Of a stretch of DNA of 64,000 nucleotides, positions 63,132-64,000 are shown one piece after another. Positions within the stretch are counted from its first letter, which is position 1. Every line of letters begins with the position of its first letter. The translations under genes were made by a program, and so were the position numbers. The notes under the pieces were generated by a model that had not been told where the DNA came from, searched no databases, and worked only from the letters and a program-made list of their open reading frames with translations. The DNA comes from Callorhinchus milii. Its lineage: Eukaryota. The DNA lies in the NCBI RefSeq assembly GCF_018977255.1, contig NW_024704742.1, positions 100,256,001-100,320,000 of the forward strand, in the 5' to 3' direction.

Positions 63132-64000
63132 GTACATCTTATTGTTTTTGGCAGAAATGAAAGCTCCAACGCAATACATCATCACTGTACTAGTTGCAAT
63201 TAATATGCATGTGTGTGGGGGGTGGGGTGAGGGGGGAACAGATAAAAACTGAGAAATGAAATAAGCCCTGGATTGGATAATCTTTATATTTATATTGTTA
63301 CATTTTCAATGGTAGAAAACATCCTGCTTGCCTCTACAACTGAGTTCCTGCTGCAAATTAACGCATTTTAAAAATAACACTTCCATCAGTATTTGAAGTA
63401 TGTTTATAGTCACAGGAAAATGTTTTGTGAAAAATGTATTGTATTTTAAGTTTGCATGATGGGATCACATTGAAAACTATTTGTAATTTTTTTGCACCCT
63501 AAAAGTGTTGTTTATTTTGAGAAGTACTATGATGCAGGAGGAAATGTTCTAGATTCTGAAAATATAAATTTAAATGGTGCTATTTGCATGCTAGTTTTGC
63601 TCAAATCCTCACTCACTTATCTGTAGCTTTAGTTTCCAAATTAACCTCTGTAGCTTGCAGTAAGTGGAGCTGGTACAGTTGTGTTTGAGGGGAACTGTTA
63701 GGGAGGTATCCTGAGCCAATAGTTAATGGGCAAGTGATGGAACGTACCTGTTTCATCAAAGTGGGATTAGCTATTTCTAGTTGATTTAAGAGTTGCACAA
63801 AATGCAAGTGTCTGCTTTTTATCTCCTTTCATTGGAATTAGAGAGCATTTGTAAGCTTGCTGTTTTTTAACCTGCTGTTTTTTATCTACTTAACGTTTGC
63901 TGATGAAATCAAAACCGACGTAATCAAAACCGATGCAGTGTGTCTCTTTTCATGGTGTATGTTTCAGTGTTCATTTTCTCTGCTTGTATCTTTCTTAGTT

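Overview
Vertebrate nuclear DNA, repeat-rich. The CR1, L2, tRNA-headed SINE and Deu-type SINE content points to a cartilaginous fish, probably a holocephalan (inference, no database search run). Two genes can be reconstructed by hand, both on the + strand. (1) A seven-exon SULT1-type cytosolic sulfotransferase at 26611-31610 with all GT-AG splice sites intact, but three in-frame TGA codons, one TAG, a frameshift and an RKG->RKV change, so an unprocessed pseudogene. (2) The first 13 coding exons of CEP120 at 36083-63131, in frame throughout; the gene continues past the window. CEP120 coding exon 1 lies in about 5 kb of three different minisatellites. One of them is an intron-1 array of roughly 65-70 TGTTTAC (forkhead-type) motifs ending in an RFX X-box match. 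The rest is nested CR1/L2 fragments, SINEs, a decayed hAT (GTF2IRD2-like) transposon, a hairpin MITE, an unclassified ~820-bp foldback element and a U2 snRNA 5' fragment. There is no CRISPR array, rRNA or true tRNA gene. Most long ORFs in the supplied track are repeat artefacts. I found no convincing wholly new multi-gene system; the best leads are regulatory and transposon-related and are hypotheses only.
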